DNA of 64,000 bases from an uncultured Desulfospira sp. (GTDB lineage Bacteria; Desulfobacterota; Desulfobacteria; Desulfobacterales; Desulfobacteraceae), in NCBI GenBank assembly GCA_963663165.1, contig OY760175.1:736001-800000 (forward strand). Reading direction: 5' to 3'. Both the position numbers and the translations under genes were made by a program. How positions within the stretch are numbered: position 1 is the stretch's first letter; each line of letters starts with the position of its first letter. Positions 8,438 through 17,440 of this stretch are shown here, piece after piece. The notes beneath the pieces were generated by a model. It saw nothing but the letters and a program-made list of their open reading frames with translations, was not told where the DNA came from and searched no databases.

Positions 8438-9787
8438 ATGGTTATGGCTCAGGAAAAACAATTTAACCACATATACACGGTTTCAAAGCTGACCCGTGAG
8501 CTGAAAACCATACTGGAAAATCAATTTTCCTTTGTCTGGATCATTGGGGAAATTTCCAACTATGTTGTGCCCGGATCAGGCCATTCCTATTTTTCATTAA
8601 AAGATGAAGGCGCCGTGATCAACTGTGTGATGTTCAGAAACCAGAAACACGCCTTGAAATTTGAACCGGAAAACGGATTGCGGGTCATCGGCTTGGGCCG
8701 GATTTCAGTTTATGAACCCCGGGGATCCTATCAGCTCATCTTTGAACATATGGAGCCTGAAGGCACCGGATCACTTCAATTGGCCTTTGAACAGCTCAAA
8801 AAGAAACTGGACCAGGAAGGCCTCTTTGACCCTTCCCATAAAAAAGACATCCCGTTCTTACCCTCAACCGTTCATGTGATTACATCGCCGACAGGCGCAG
8901 CTGTGCGGGATATTATCAAGGTGGCCACCCGGCGATACCCCAACGGCTGCATTCAAATTTTACCGGTAATGGTTCAGGGCGTTGATGCGCCCTTGCAGAT
9001 CGCTCAGGCCATTGAATTTTCAAATCAACTGAACCGGGCAGATTTAATCATCCTTGCCCGGGGCGGCGGTTCCATGGAAGACCTGTCCGCCTTTAACAGC
9101 GAAGTGGTGGCCCGGGCCGTTTTCAACTCTGCCATCCCGGTCATTACGGGTATCGGACACGAAACAGATTTTACCATTGCCGATTTTGTGGCTGATTTCA
9201 GGGCGCCGACCCCATCAGCGGCGGCGGAACATGCCTTTCCGGATAAAAAAATGCTTGTCCAGACCCTGAACCGGCTAACCTTGTCCATGACCATGACCCT
9301 TGAAAAGACATTGACCCGGAAGGAATCTCAGATTATAGATCTTGAATCCCGTCTCAAAAGCCCCCGGCGCCTGATTGACGATCATATGCTCAAACTCGAC
9401 GACCATGGGGCAAGACTGTTGAAGGCCCTTGAAACCAGAATTTCCCGGTCACAGGAACATCTTTCTTTCCTGACCCGGCGCCTGATCGGCAGCCGGCCTG
9501 ATGTTCAGGCCGATAAGCGCCAGGTGACCGGGTTATCGGACCTGCTTGGCCTGGTAATGGGGGCTTGCCTGGAAAAAGGGAAAAACCGGCTGGGAAAACT
9601 TGAAACCGGTTTGGGGGCGGTTAATCCGGAATCTGTCCTGAAAAGGGGGTACAGCATAACACGCACCCTGCCCCGCCGGAAAATGGTGACCAGTGCTCAG
9701 GATCTTCAGGCCGATGACCGGATTGAAGTGATCCTGGCAAAGGGGCGCATCACCGCACAGGTAAAGGAAACAACCGCTGACAGCTAA
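8438..9787 (+). CDS. xseA: Exodeoxyribonuclease VII large subunit
   Basis: GEISN..SGHSYFSLKD, TSPTGAAVRDI, ARGGGSMEDL, GHETD, APTPSAAAE. Confidence 0.96.
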   Translation: MVMAQEKQFNHIYTVSKLTRELKTILENQFSFVWIIGEISNYVVPGSGHSYFSLKDEGAVINCVMFRNQKHALKFEPENGLRVIGLGRISVYEPRGSYQLIFEHMEPEGTGSLQLAFEQLKKKLDQEGLFDPSHKKDIPFLPSTVHVITSPTGAAVRDIIKVATRRYPNGCIQILPVMVQGVDAPLQIAQAIEFSNQLNRADLIILARGGGSMEDLSAFNSEVVARAVFNSAIPVITGIGHETDFTIADFVADFRAPTPSAAAEHAFPDKKMLVQTLNRLTLSMTMTLEKTLTRKESQIIDLESRLKSPRRLIDDHMLKLDDHGARLLKALETRISRSQEHLSFLTRRLIGSRPDVQADKRQVTGLSDLLGLVMGACLEKGKNRLGKLETGLGAVNPESVLKRGYSITRTLPRRKMVTSAQDLQADDRIEVILAKGRITAQVKETTADS

Positions 9788-9804
9788 CGGCTGACAGCTA
9801 ACGG
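9773..9804. repeat. Heptamer tandem (ACAGCTA family) across the xseA stop
   Basis: ACCGCTG ACAGCTA ACGGCTG ACAGCTA ACGG. Confidence 0.7.
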
Positions 9805-9816
9805 AGACGAGACCAA

Positions 9817-10041
9817 ATGGCCAAAAAAACTTTCGAAACAGCGTTACAGGAACTCGAAGATATTGTCAGGGAAATGGAATCAGGGGAACTGCCCCTTGAA
9901 CAGGCCCTTAAAAAATATGAGGCCGGCATTGCCCATGTTAGCTACTGCCGTGAAATCCTGGAGCGGACTGAAAAAAAAATTACCGTGTTAACCAAAGGAA
10001 TAGACAACACCATAGAGGAATCACCATTTGAAGACCATTGA
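9817..10041 (+). CDS. xseB: Exodeoxyribonuclease VII small subunit
   Basis: FETALQELEDIVREMESGELPLEQALKKYEAG; located between xseA and ispA. Confidence 0.95.
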   Translation: MAKKTFETALQELEDIVREMESGELPLEQALKKYEAGIAHVSYCREILERTEKKITVLTKGIDNTIEESPFEDH

Positions 10042-10957
10042 TCCTTTATTTGATTTGTCCGGATATCTGGCCAGGTACCGTGAACTTATCGATGACCGGC
10101 TTAACCGGATGTTTCAATCCCAGGACCCGGATCGTGAGCTGGTACGGGCCATGACCCATTCGCTCATGGCCCCCGGAAAACGGCTTCGACCCATTCTGGC
10201 CATTGCCTCAGCCCAGGCCTGCGGCGGGGATGAGACCTATGCCCTGCCCGCCTGCTGCGCCATTGAGATGATCCATGCCTATTCTTTGATCCACGATGAT
10301 CTCCCGGCCATGGACGACGATGATTTAAGGCGGGGCATGCCCACCTGCCATAAAAAATTTGGTGAAGCCACCGCCATTCTGGCCGGTGACGGACTGCTCA
10401 CCCACGCCTTCAGGGTCATTGCCAGTCCCGGGGACCTGTTTGATGTGTATCCCGATGACCCGGTCCGGATTCAATTGATTGCGGCCATCTCCGACGCGGC
10501 CGGGATTAACGGCATGGTGGAAGGACAGATGCTGGACATGCAGTCCGAAGAACTGTTGAAAAATGCGCCGGATAATATCCTTGACCGGCTCCTTAAGCTT
10601 CATGGGCTTAAAACCGGAAAAATGATTTCCGTGAGCGTGGAATCCGGGGCATTAAGTGTGAATGCCGGCGATTCATTAAAAACACCGTTGCTAACCTATG
10701 CCGCCGGCATCGGTCTTGCCTTCCAGGTCATGGACGACATCCTCAATGTCGAAGGAGACCCGGAAGTCATGGGAAAAGCCGCCGGGTCTGATGCCGAAAA
10801 CCAGAAAACGACGTTTCCGGCCCTCATGGGGCTTTCCAAGTCCAAGGCATATGCCCGCAACCTGATTGACAGCGCCCTTGAGGCCCTTGACGGGTTTGAC
10901 CGGAAGGCCGACCCTTTAAGGGCTATTGCCCAGTACATCATTAACCGAAAAAGGTAG
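10028..10957 (+). CDS. ispA: Farnesyl/geranyl diphosphate synthase
   Basis: GKRLRP, LIHDDLPAMDDDDLRRG, GLAFQVMDDIL. Confidence 0.95.
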   Translation: MKTIDPLFDLSGYLARYRELIDDRLNRMFQSQDPDRELVRAMTHSLMAPGKRLRPILAIASAQACGGDETYALPACCAIEMIHAYSLIHDDLPAMDDDDLRRGMPTCHKKFGEATAILAGDGLLTHAFRVIASPGDLFDVYPDDPVRIQLIAAISDAAGINGMVEGQMLDMQSEELLKNAPDNILDRLLKLHGLKTGKMISVSVESGALSVNAGDSLKTPLLTYAAGIGLAFQVMDDILNVEGDPEVMGKAAGSDAENQKTTFPALMGLSKSKAYARNLIDSALEALDGFDRKADPLRAIAQYIINRKR

Positions 10958-10961
10958 CCCC

Positions 10962-11086
10962 ATGTTTGAACGAGAATTCACCCATCTGCTGCGTTGCAAA
11001 AAAATTGGCAATCCTCATATACCCCGGTATGCTCCGGTTGCAAATTTTTTTGGGCCTTGCATCTGGGCAAATTTTCGTCCAAACAT
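10962..11086 (+). mobile_element. TIR-bounded MITE-like element, copy 2 (125 bp)
   Basis: ATGTTTGAACGAGAATT...CCCATCTGCTGCGTTGC...GCCTTGCATCTGGGCAAATTTTCGTCCAAACAT, between ispA and dxs. Confidence 0.75.
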
Positions 11087-11148
11087 AAATCCTTCTTTAG
11101 ACGCTAAATATCTTCTTGAACCCCTAACAGCGAACAAGGTAATATAAC

Positions 11149-13047
11149 GTGAGCCTTCTTGAACAGATAAAAACGCCAGCGGATCTGAAAGCCCTGCCCC
11201 GGAACCGCTTACCCGAACTTGCCTGGGAAATTCGAGAGCGGATCATTGAAGTGGTTTCCAAAAACGGGGGACACCTGGCCTCAAGCCTTGGCGCCGTTGA
11301 ACTGACCATTGCCATCCATTATGTGTTTGATCTGCCCAACGACACATTGATCTGGGATGTGGGCCACCAGTCCTATGCCCATAAGCTGTTAACCGGCCGG
11401 AATGACCGGTTTGACAGCCTGCGCCAGTACAAAGGGATCTCCGGGTTTTTAAAAATCAAGGAAAGCCCTTATGACGGATTTACCGTGGGCCATTCATCCA
11501 CGTCCATATCCGCAGGACTCGGCATCTGTGCCGCCAAGCAGCTCATGGCGGACAAATCCGACGTGATTTCTGTTATCGGGGACGGTTCCCTTACCGCCGG
11601 ACTGGCCTATGAAGGCCTCAACCAGACCGGGGACTTAAGCCCGGGCATGATCGTGATTCTCAATGACAATGACATGTCCATTTCCCCCAACGTGGGGGCG
11701 TTGTCTTCTTATCTGTCCCGGACCTTTTCGGCCAAAGCGCTTCAGGGGTTAAGAAATCAGTTCGGGGTATTTCTCAAATCCCTTCCCAAAATCGGGGATG
11801 ACATGTACGGCATGGCCAAGCGGTGGGAAGAATCCTTTAAAACCTTTGTCACACCGGGCATGCTGTTTGAGGCCTTTAACTTTGATTACTTCGGTCCCAT
11901 CAACGGCCACAATCTGGACCATCTGATCGACATTTTAACCAATATCCGGCATCCCGATTCCCCGGTGCTGCTCCATGTCACCACCAAAAAGGGAAAAGGG
12001 TATGAACCGGCGGAAAAAAACCCGGTCTATTTTCACGGGGTCGGCGCCTTTGTTGTTGACACCGGGAAAAGCAACAAAAAAGCCGATGCCAAATGCAAGG
12101 TGCCTTCTTACACCCAGGTGTTTGGGGATACCATGATCCATCTGGCCAACCTGGACAAAAGAATTGTCGCCGTTACTGCCGCCATGCCTGAAGGCACCGG
12201 GCTGATGGGGTTTGCCGAACAGTTTGAAGACCGGTTCTTTGACGTGGGCATTGCCGAACAGCATGCCGTAACCTTTGCCGCAGGCCTTGCCGCCAAAGGC
12301 TTAAGACCGGTGGTGGCCATTTATTCCACCTTTCTTCAGCGGGCCTATGACCAGATCCTTCATGATGTCTGTATTGATGCCCACAGGGTGGTGTTTGCCA
12401 TTGACCGGGGCGGCATTGTGGGCGAAGACGGCCCCACCCACCACGGGTTGTTTGATTTTGCCTTTTGCCGCAGCATTCCCAACATGGTGGTCATGGCCCC
12501 GAGCAATGAAAATGAACTGGCGCGCATGCTGACAGCCGCCTTGAACCATGACGGCCCCATTGCCTTAAGATACCCCAGGGGCAAGGGGGAAGGGGTTGAA
12601 CTGGATCCGGTGCCATCACCGGTTCAAATGGGCAAAGGCAAGGTGGTCCGGCAGGGATCTGATGTATTGATCATTGGTATCGGACGGGTGGTCAACGATG
12701 CCCTGGCCGCAGCGGATATGCTTGAATCAGACGGGATTCAGGCCCAGGTGCTGGATGCCCGGTTTGTCAAGCCCCTGGATAAAGACCTGATCCTTGAACG
12801 GGCCGGCCAAATCAAAAAAGTGGTCACGGTGGAAGAGCATGTTCTTGACGGCGGGTTCGGATCAGCGGTGCTGGAGTTGCTGGCCGACAACGGCCTGACC
12901 GGTGCCAGGGTGAGGCGGCTGGGAATTCAGGATTGTTTTGTGGAACATGGGGCCCAGTCCATCCTTAGAAAAGAGTGCGGCATTGACAAAGATGCCATTT
13001 TTCTTACAGCCAAAGACCTGGTCAACAACGGCGTCCCCGATGACTAA
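11149..13047 (+). CDS. dxs: 1-deoxy-D-xylulose-5-phosphate synthase
   Basis: GGHLASSLG, WDVGHQSY, GHSSTSIS, GDG...NDN TPP motif, IAEQHAV, DGPTHHG. Confidence 0.97.
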   Translation: MSLLEQIKTPADLKALPRNRLPELAWEIRERIIEVVSKNGGHLASSLGAVELTIAIHYVFDLPNDTLIWDVGHQSYAHKLLTGRNDRFDSLRQYKGISGFLKIKESPYDGFTVGHSSTSISAGLGICAAKQLMADKSDVISVIGDGSLTAGLAYEGLNQTGDLSPGMIVILNDNDMSISPNVGALSSYLSRTFSAKALQGLRNQFGVFLKSLPKIGDDMYGMAKRWEESFKTFVTPGMLFEAFNFDYFGPINGHNLDHLIDILTNIRHPDSPVLLHVTTKKGKGYEPAEKNPVYFHGVGAFVVDTGKSNKKADAKCKVPSYTQVFGDTMIHLANLDKRIVAVTAAMPEGTGLMGFAEQFEDRFFDVGIAEQHAVTFAAGLAAKGLRPVVAIYSTFLQRAYDQILHDVCIDAHRVVFAIDRGGIVGEDGPTHHGLFDFAFCRSIPNMVVMAPSNENELARMLTAALNHDGPIALRYPRGKGEGVELDPVPSPVQMGKGKVVRQGSDVLIIGIGRVVNDALAAADMLESDGIQAQVLDARFVKPLDKDLILERAGQIKKVVTVEEHVLDGGFGSAVLELLADNGLTGARVRRLGIQDCFVEHGAQSILRKECGIDKDAIFLTAKDLVNNGVPDD

Positions 13048-13792
13048 AGGGGAAAAGGTCGTTAAAGAACGGCTGGACCTTTTAATCGTGAATAAAGGGC
13101 TGGCCCCGTCCCGGCAGCGGGCTCAGAGCCTGATTATGAGCGGCCGGGTCCTGGTGGACAACACCCCCTGTGACAAGCCGGGCACCAAGGTTGCCTGCCA
13201 GGCGGAAATTACGGTAAAGGGAGATGACAACCCCTTTGTCAGCCGGGGCGGGCTCAAGCTTGAGAAAGCTTTCAACACCTTTCCCGTCAGCGCCCAAAAT
13301 TTAACCTGTCTGGACATCGGGGCCTCCACCGGCGGGTTTACCGACTGTCTTTTAAAACACGGGGCCCGGAAGGTATATGCCTGTGATGTGGGGTATGGGC
13401 AGCTGGACTGGGCCTTGCGCAACCATGACCGGGTGGTGGTGATTGAACGGACCAATATCAGAAACATGGCCTTTGACCAGGTGGGGCAGACCGTGGATAT
13501 GGTGGTGGCCGACACCTCTTTTATTTCCTTAAAAAAAGTGATTCCGGCGGCAGAAAAGTTTATGAAACCGGGAACCGTGGTCCTTGCCCTGATTAAGCCC
13601 CAGTTTGAGGCCGGCCGGGAAAATGTGGGCAAGGGGGGGGTCGTGCGCAGCGAACAGGTCAAGGAAAATGTCAAAACAGACCTGATGGATTTTTTCACCA
13701 ACAGGGGATTTGAGATCCAGGGGGTAACGCCCTCCCCCATCCTAGGTCCCAAAGGAAATGAAGAATTTATTATATTTATGATTTTAAGGTAA
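13040..13792 (+). CDS. tlyA: TlyA family rRNA (cytidine-2'-O)-methyltransferase
   Basis: S4 domain (RLDLL..SRQRAQ), VSRGGLKL, DIGASTGGFT, LIKPQFE, GPKGNEEF. Start reset to ATG 13040, overlapping the end of dxs. Confidence 0.93.
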   Translation: MTKGEKVVKERLDLLIVNKGLAPSRQRAQSLIMSGRVLVDNTPCDKPGTKVACQAEITVKGDDNPFVSRGGLKLEKAFNTFPVSAQNLTCLDIGASTGGFTDCLLKHGARKVYACDVGYGQLDWALRNHDRVVVIERTNIRNMAFDQVGQTVDMVVADTSFISLKKVIPAAEKFMKPGTVVLALIKPQFEAGRENVGKGGVVRSEQVKENVKTDLMDFFTNRGFEIQGVTPSPILGPKGNEEFIIFMILR

Positions 13793-13896
13793 AAAGTACT
13801 GTCCTTTTTATTTAAATTTTATTATTTAAATATTAATTTTTGGTTAATGCAAGGGCTGACCGGCATTATTTTGGCGGGTTTGCCTGACTTTAAAAG

Positions 13897-13928
13897 AAAA
13901 AAAATCTCACTGGGTTGGGGTTTTTTTT
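13897..13928 (+). terminator. Possible intrinsic terminator after tlyA
   Basis: AAAAAAAATCTCA-CTGGGT-TGGGGTTTTTTTT: weak G-U-rich stem plus T tract. Confidence 0.4.
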
Positions 13929-13949
13929 ATGACTTGAAAAGGAGCGGTA

Positions 13950-16019
13950 ATGAGCGAAGAAATCAAAGCCATGAGGAATGTGGCCCTAGCAGGCCATGGA
14001 GGTGCGGGCAAGACTAGTCTTGCTGAGGCTATGCTGTTTCACGCCGGGGTGACCAATCGTCTCGGAAAGGTTGAAGAAGGCAACACCGTAATGGATTTCC
14101 AGCCTGAGGAAACCAAAAAACAGCAAAGTATCAACACATCATTAATGAAGTATGCCCACAATAAGCATACAATCACACTGATGGACACGCCGGGCGATCA
14201 AAATTTCTTCTCTGCCGCCAAAACCTGCTTACCCGTTGCGGACAGTGTCGCCTTTGTGATTGACGGTGTGGGCGGCCCGTCCGCCATGACCGAAGAAGCC
14301 GCAGTCAGCGCCCTTGAATACAACCTTCCCGGGTTTGTTATTGTGAACAAGTTAGACAGGGAACGCGCGGATTTTAATACCTGCGTTGAAGCCTGCAGCA
14401 CCGCCTTGAAAAAAAAGGTGGTACCGGTCTGCTATCCCATTGGCCAGGAAGATGGGTTCAAAGGATTGGTCAATATTGTATCCGGACAGGCCTTTGAATT
14501 TGATGGCCAAGGCAAAGCCAAAAAAGTGGATATCCCCCAGGATATGGCGGATGATATAGCTGCCGACAAAGAAGCATTCATTGAAAATATTGCCGAACTC
14601 AACGACGAGCTTCTTGAAAAATACCTGGAAGGCGAAGAGCTTTCCGAAGAAGAAATTAAAGCCGCTTTCAGGCAGGGGATTCTGGATGCTGAATTCTATC
14701 CGGCCGTTCCTTCATCAGCAACAAAGCTGATCGGCATTGAGACCATTTTAGATTTTATTGATGACTACATGCCTTCTCCCATTGACCGGGGAGACTGGAT
14801 TGCCAAAGACAGTGCCGGGGAAGACGTTGTGGTTTCACCGGATCCAACGGCTGAATTCTGCGGGTTTGTTTTTGCCACCATCGTAGACCCCTATGCCGGC
14901 CGGCTGTCTCTTTTCAGGGTTATTTCAGGATCTCTTGGCAAAGAGGGGAACGTTCTCAATGTGACCAAAGGGGCCAAAGAACGATTCTCCCAGCTGCTGG
15001 AAATTGCCGGAAAAGAGCAGAAAACCATTACATCCGCCCTGCCCGGCTCCATTGTGGCCGTGGCCAAGCTTAAATCAACCCTGACCGGGGATACCCTGAC
15101 CGGCGGCAAGGAGATCCAGATCCCGGCCCCGGAACCCATGCCCCCTGTGATTTCATTTGCCATTTCACCCAAAGCCAAAAACGATGAAGATAAAATTCAC
15201 GAGGCGGTCCGTAAAATCCTTGAAGAGGACACGGGACTTCGGCTTAGAAGGGAAGAGGAAACCCGCCAGACCATTCTATCGGGCCGCGGGCTGGTTCATA
15301 TTGAGGTTACGGCTGAAAAGATCCTAAGAAAATTCAACGTGGCCATGGACATTGCCACTCCCAAAGTGGCCTACCGCGAAACCTTTAAAAAGAAAATCAG
15401 GGTCCAGGGCAAACATAAAAAACAGTCCGGCGGCCATGGCCAGTACGGGGACTGCTGGATTGTCCTTGAGCCCCTTCCCAGGGGAACCGGATTTGAATTT
15501 GTGGACAAGATCGTGGGCGGTGTAATCCCCAAAAACTATATTCCGGCTGTAGAGGCTGGTATCAGGGAAAGTTCAGCCTATGGTATCCTGGCCGGATTCC
15601 CCTGTGTGGACTTTAGAACCACCCTGGATTTCGGGTCCTACCATTCGGTTGACTCCTCTGAAATGGCCTTTAAAACCGCCGGGTCCATTGCCTTTAAAAA
15701 TGCGGCCAAGGACGCCGGTGCAACGTTGCTTGAACCCATTATGAAAGTGTCTGTAAAGGCGCCGGATACCAATACCGGTGATATCATGGGCGATCTGAAC
15801 TCCAGAAGGGGCCGGGTCCTTGGCATGGATTCCGAAGGAGACAAACAGGTCATCAATGCCCTGGTACCCATGTCTGAAATGCTCCGGTATGCCCCGGACT
15901 TAAGCTCCATGACCCAGGGCCGCGGCACCTTTACCATGGAATTTGAGCAGTATGACGAGGTCCCCGGGGACCTGGCCAAAAAAATCATTGAAATGGTGAA
16001 TGCTGAGAAAGACAATTAA
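13950..16019 (+). CDS. fusA: Elongation factor G paralogue (EF-G2-like)
   Basis: GHGGAGKTS, DTPG, NKLD, KQSGGHGQYG, H.VDSSEMAF; not in an rpsL-rpsG-tuf context. Confidence 0.92.
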   Translation: MSEEIKAMRNVALAGHGGAGKTSLAEAMLFHAGVTNRLGKVEEGNTVMDFQPEETKKQQSINTSLMKYAHNKHTITLMDTPGDQNFFSAAKTCLPVADSVAFVIDGVGGPSAMTEEAAVSALEYNLPGFVIVNKLDRERADFNTCVEACSTALKKKVVPVCYPIGQEDGFKGLVNIVSGQAFEFDGQGKAKKVDIPQDMADDIAADKEAFIENIAELNDELLEKYLEGEELSEEEIKAAFRQGILDAEFYPAVPSSATKLIGIETILDFIDDYMPSPIDRGDWIAKDSAGEDVVVSPDPTAEFCGFVFATIVDPYAGRLSLFRVISGSLGKEGNVLNVTKGAKERFSQLLEIAGKEQKTITSALPGSIVAVAKLKSTLTGDTLTGGKEIQIPAPEPMPPVISFAISPKAKNDEDKIHEAVRKILEEDTGLRLRREEETRQTILSGRGLVHIEVTAEKILRKFNVAMDIATPKVAYRETFKKKIRVQGKHKKQSGGHGQYGDCWIVLEPLPRGTGFEFVDKIVGGVIPKNYIPAVEAGIRESSAYGILAGFPCVDFRTTLDFGSYHSVDSSEMAFKTAGSIAFKNAAKDAGATLLEPIMKVSVKAPDTNTGDIMGDLNSRRGRVLGMDSEGDKQVINALVPMSEMLRYAPDLSSMTQGRGTFTMEFEQYDEVPGDLAKKIIEMVNAEKDN

Positions 16020-16047
16020 TCCCAGCCAGACCAGTCATTTTTAATTT

Positions 16048-16090
16048 CAAAAGGGGCTGCCGGTTTTCCGGCGGCCCCTTTTGTATTTTT
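16048..16090 (+). terminator. Intrinsic terminator after fusA
   Basis: AAAAGGGGCTGCCGG-TTTT-CCGGCGGCCCCTTTTGTATTTTT. Confidence 0.88.
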
Positions 16091-16221
16091 GATCATTGCC
16101 TATTCGATAATTGATTTAAGGCGCATTTGTGCGACCTTTGCGCCGGCATCTTTGAAATCACCTTCCCCTGACCTGTTCTGCAACATCCTGAAATATAGTG
16201 TAAATTAGGTTTCCATTCACT

Positions 16222-16237
16222 TGGCATGAACTTTGCT
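16222..16237 (+). promoter_or_regulatory. Sigma-54 (-24/-12) promoter
   Basis: TGGCATGAACTTTGCT: exact GG-N10-GC spacing, about 60 bp upstream of the 16299 ATG and just downstream of a terminator. Confidence 0.8.
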
Positions 16238-16298
16238 GTTAATTCTCTTAAGGCAACATTTTCATATTACCTAAACAGTTAAGGACGGGGGAAACAAA

Positions 16299-16844
16299 AT
16301 GAAAGTAGCGGTAAGTGCTTATGGCCAGGACCTGGATGCACAGATTAATCCCCGGTTTGGCCGGTGCGATTATTTGCTGTTGGTGGAAACCGATGACATG
16401 AGCGTTGACTCTTTTTCCAACCAGAACATCAACGCCAGCGGCGGGGCCGGGATACAATCCGCCGTGTTTGTGATTAACCAGGGGGCCCGTGCTGTGTTGA
16501 CCGGCAACTGCGGCCCTAAGGCCATGGATGTGTTTAATTCTTCAAACATTGCGGTGTATACCGGCCAGGACGGAACCGTGAGGCAGGCGGTGGAACGCTT
16601 TAAAAGCGGGGGACTTCAGGCATCTCCCGAGGCCACGGTACCGGAAAAATCCGGGGTTAATTCCGGCATGAACCAGCCCTCCTCACCCAGTGGTACCGGC
16701 CGTGGCATGGGCGGCGGCGGTGGCCGTGGCATGGGCGGCGGCGGTGGCCGTGGCATGGGCGGTGGTGGCGGCCGCGGCATGGGCGGTGGCCGTGGAATGG
16801 GCGGCGGCCGTGGCATGGGCGGTGGTGGCCGCAGCATGGGGTAG
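16299..16844 (+). CDS. NifB/NifX-family (FeMo-co binding-like) protein with Gly/Arg/Met-rich tail
   Basis: MKVAVS, PRFGRC, GGAGIQSA, TGNCGPKA; C-terminal GRGMGGG(GG) repeats. Confidence 0.88.
   Translation: MKVAVSAYGQDLDAQINPRFGRCDYLLLVETDDMSVDSFSNQNINASGGAGIQSAVFVINQGARAVLTGNCGPKAMDVFNSSNIAVYTGQDGTVRQAVERFKSGGLQASPEATVPEKSGVNSGMNQPSSPSGTGRGMGGGGGRGMGGGGGRGMGGGGGRGMGGGRGMGGGRGMGGGGRSMG
16697..16841 (+). repeat. In-frame 18-24 bp tandem repeat encoding GRGMGG(GG)
   Basis: About 6-7 units of GGCCGTGGCATGGGCGGCGGCGGT and shorter variants. Confidence 0.85.
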
Positions 16845-16854
16845 CAGCGATAAA

Positions 16855-16940
16855 TAAGCTGTTAGTTGTTAGCCCTTAGCTGTTAGCTAAAAACCCGACG
16901 GCTAATAGCTAACGGCTTAAAGCTAACAGCTAATAGCTAA
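16855..16940. repeat. 7-bp-periodic inverted repeat (TTAGCTG/CAGCTAA family)
   Basis: AGCTGTT AGTTGTT AGCCCTT AGCTGTT AGCT ... ACGGCTA ATAGCTA ACGGCTT AAAGCTA ACAGCTA ATAGCTA. Confidence 0.85.
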
Positions 16941-16963
16941 AAAAAACATTAAGGAGATCGTAA

Positions 16964-17350
16964 ATGACAAAAGTAGCCATGATTCGGTGTGAGAAAAATG
17001 AAAACCGGTGTCCTTTGACCGGCTGTTTTAAAACCATGATGGAAACCAGCCAGGGATTTGCCGGATACGAGGAATGCACCCCGGCCGGGGTGTTTACCTG
17101 TCGGTGCCCGGGGGACAATGCCGTGGAATTCGGTAAAATTTTAAAATCAAAGGGGGCTGAGGTAATTCATTTTTGCACATGCAGCTTTGCCAAAAAAACC
17201 GAAGCCGGATGGGATAACGCCAACGGTGGATTTTGTGAGGATATGGAAGCCATTGCCCGTAAGATTTCCAGGGAGACCGGACTTCCCTGTGTTCTGGGCA
17301 CCGCCCATTTGCCCAAGGGATATGAACCGGTCAAGATACAAGAAACTTGA
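16964..17350 (+). CDS. CGGC-domain-like Cys-rich protein
   Basis: KVAMIRC..CPLTGCF..GFAGY..FTCRCPG..IHFCTC..C..GTAH matches the Cys/His pattern of the CGGC family; AAGGAG RBS. Confidence 0.8.
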   Translation: MTKVAMIRCEKNENRCPLTGCFKTMMETSQGFAGYEECTPAGVFTCRCPGDNAVEFGKILKSKGAEVIHFCTCSFAKKTEAGWDNANGGFCEDMEAIARKISRETGLPCVLGTAHLPKGYEPVKIQET

Positions 17351-17440
17351 AACAAGAAATTTGATACAGGAAACAAGAGAAGAAGACTGGAGACCGGGTG
17401 CGCAAATTCGGTCTCCCGTTTCCGGTTTCCGGTCTTCAGC
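17332..17440. repeat. Heptamer tandem (AAACAAG-like) plus GAGACCG/CCGGTTT hairpin between convergent genes
   Basis: AAGATAC AAGAAAC TTGAAAC AAGAAAT TTGATAC AGGAAAC AAG, then GAAGACTGGAGACCGG...CGGTCTCCCGTTTCCGGTTTCCGGTCTTC. Confidence 0.65.

Noticed and set aside
10926..11147. Short ORFs with FERxxTHLLRC-like text (also 40171..40359 and 7025..7390) as a small protein family
   Set aside because: They are translations of the repeated 125-bp element with inconsistent starts and stops.
13040..13792. TlyA (and the HlyC/CorC protein at 27977) as haemolysin virulence factors
   Set aside because: Motifs and context indicate an rRNA methyltransferase and a CNNM-type metal transporter.
16616..16837. 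Pro/Met/Arg-rich minus-strand ORF
   Set aside because: Antisense shadow of the GRGMGGGG coding repeat.
16299..16844. Evidence for nitrogen fixation
   Set aside because: NifX-like domains are common outside nif clusters; there is no nifHDK/nifEN here.
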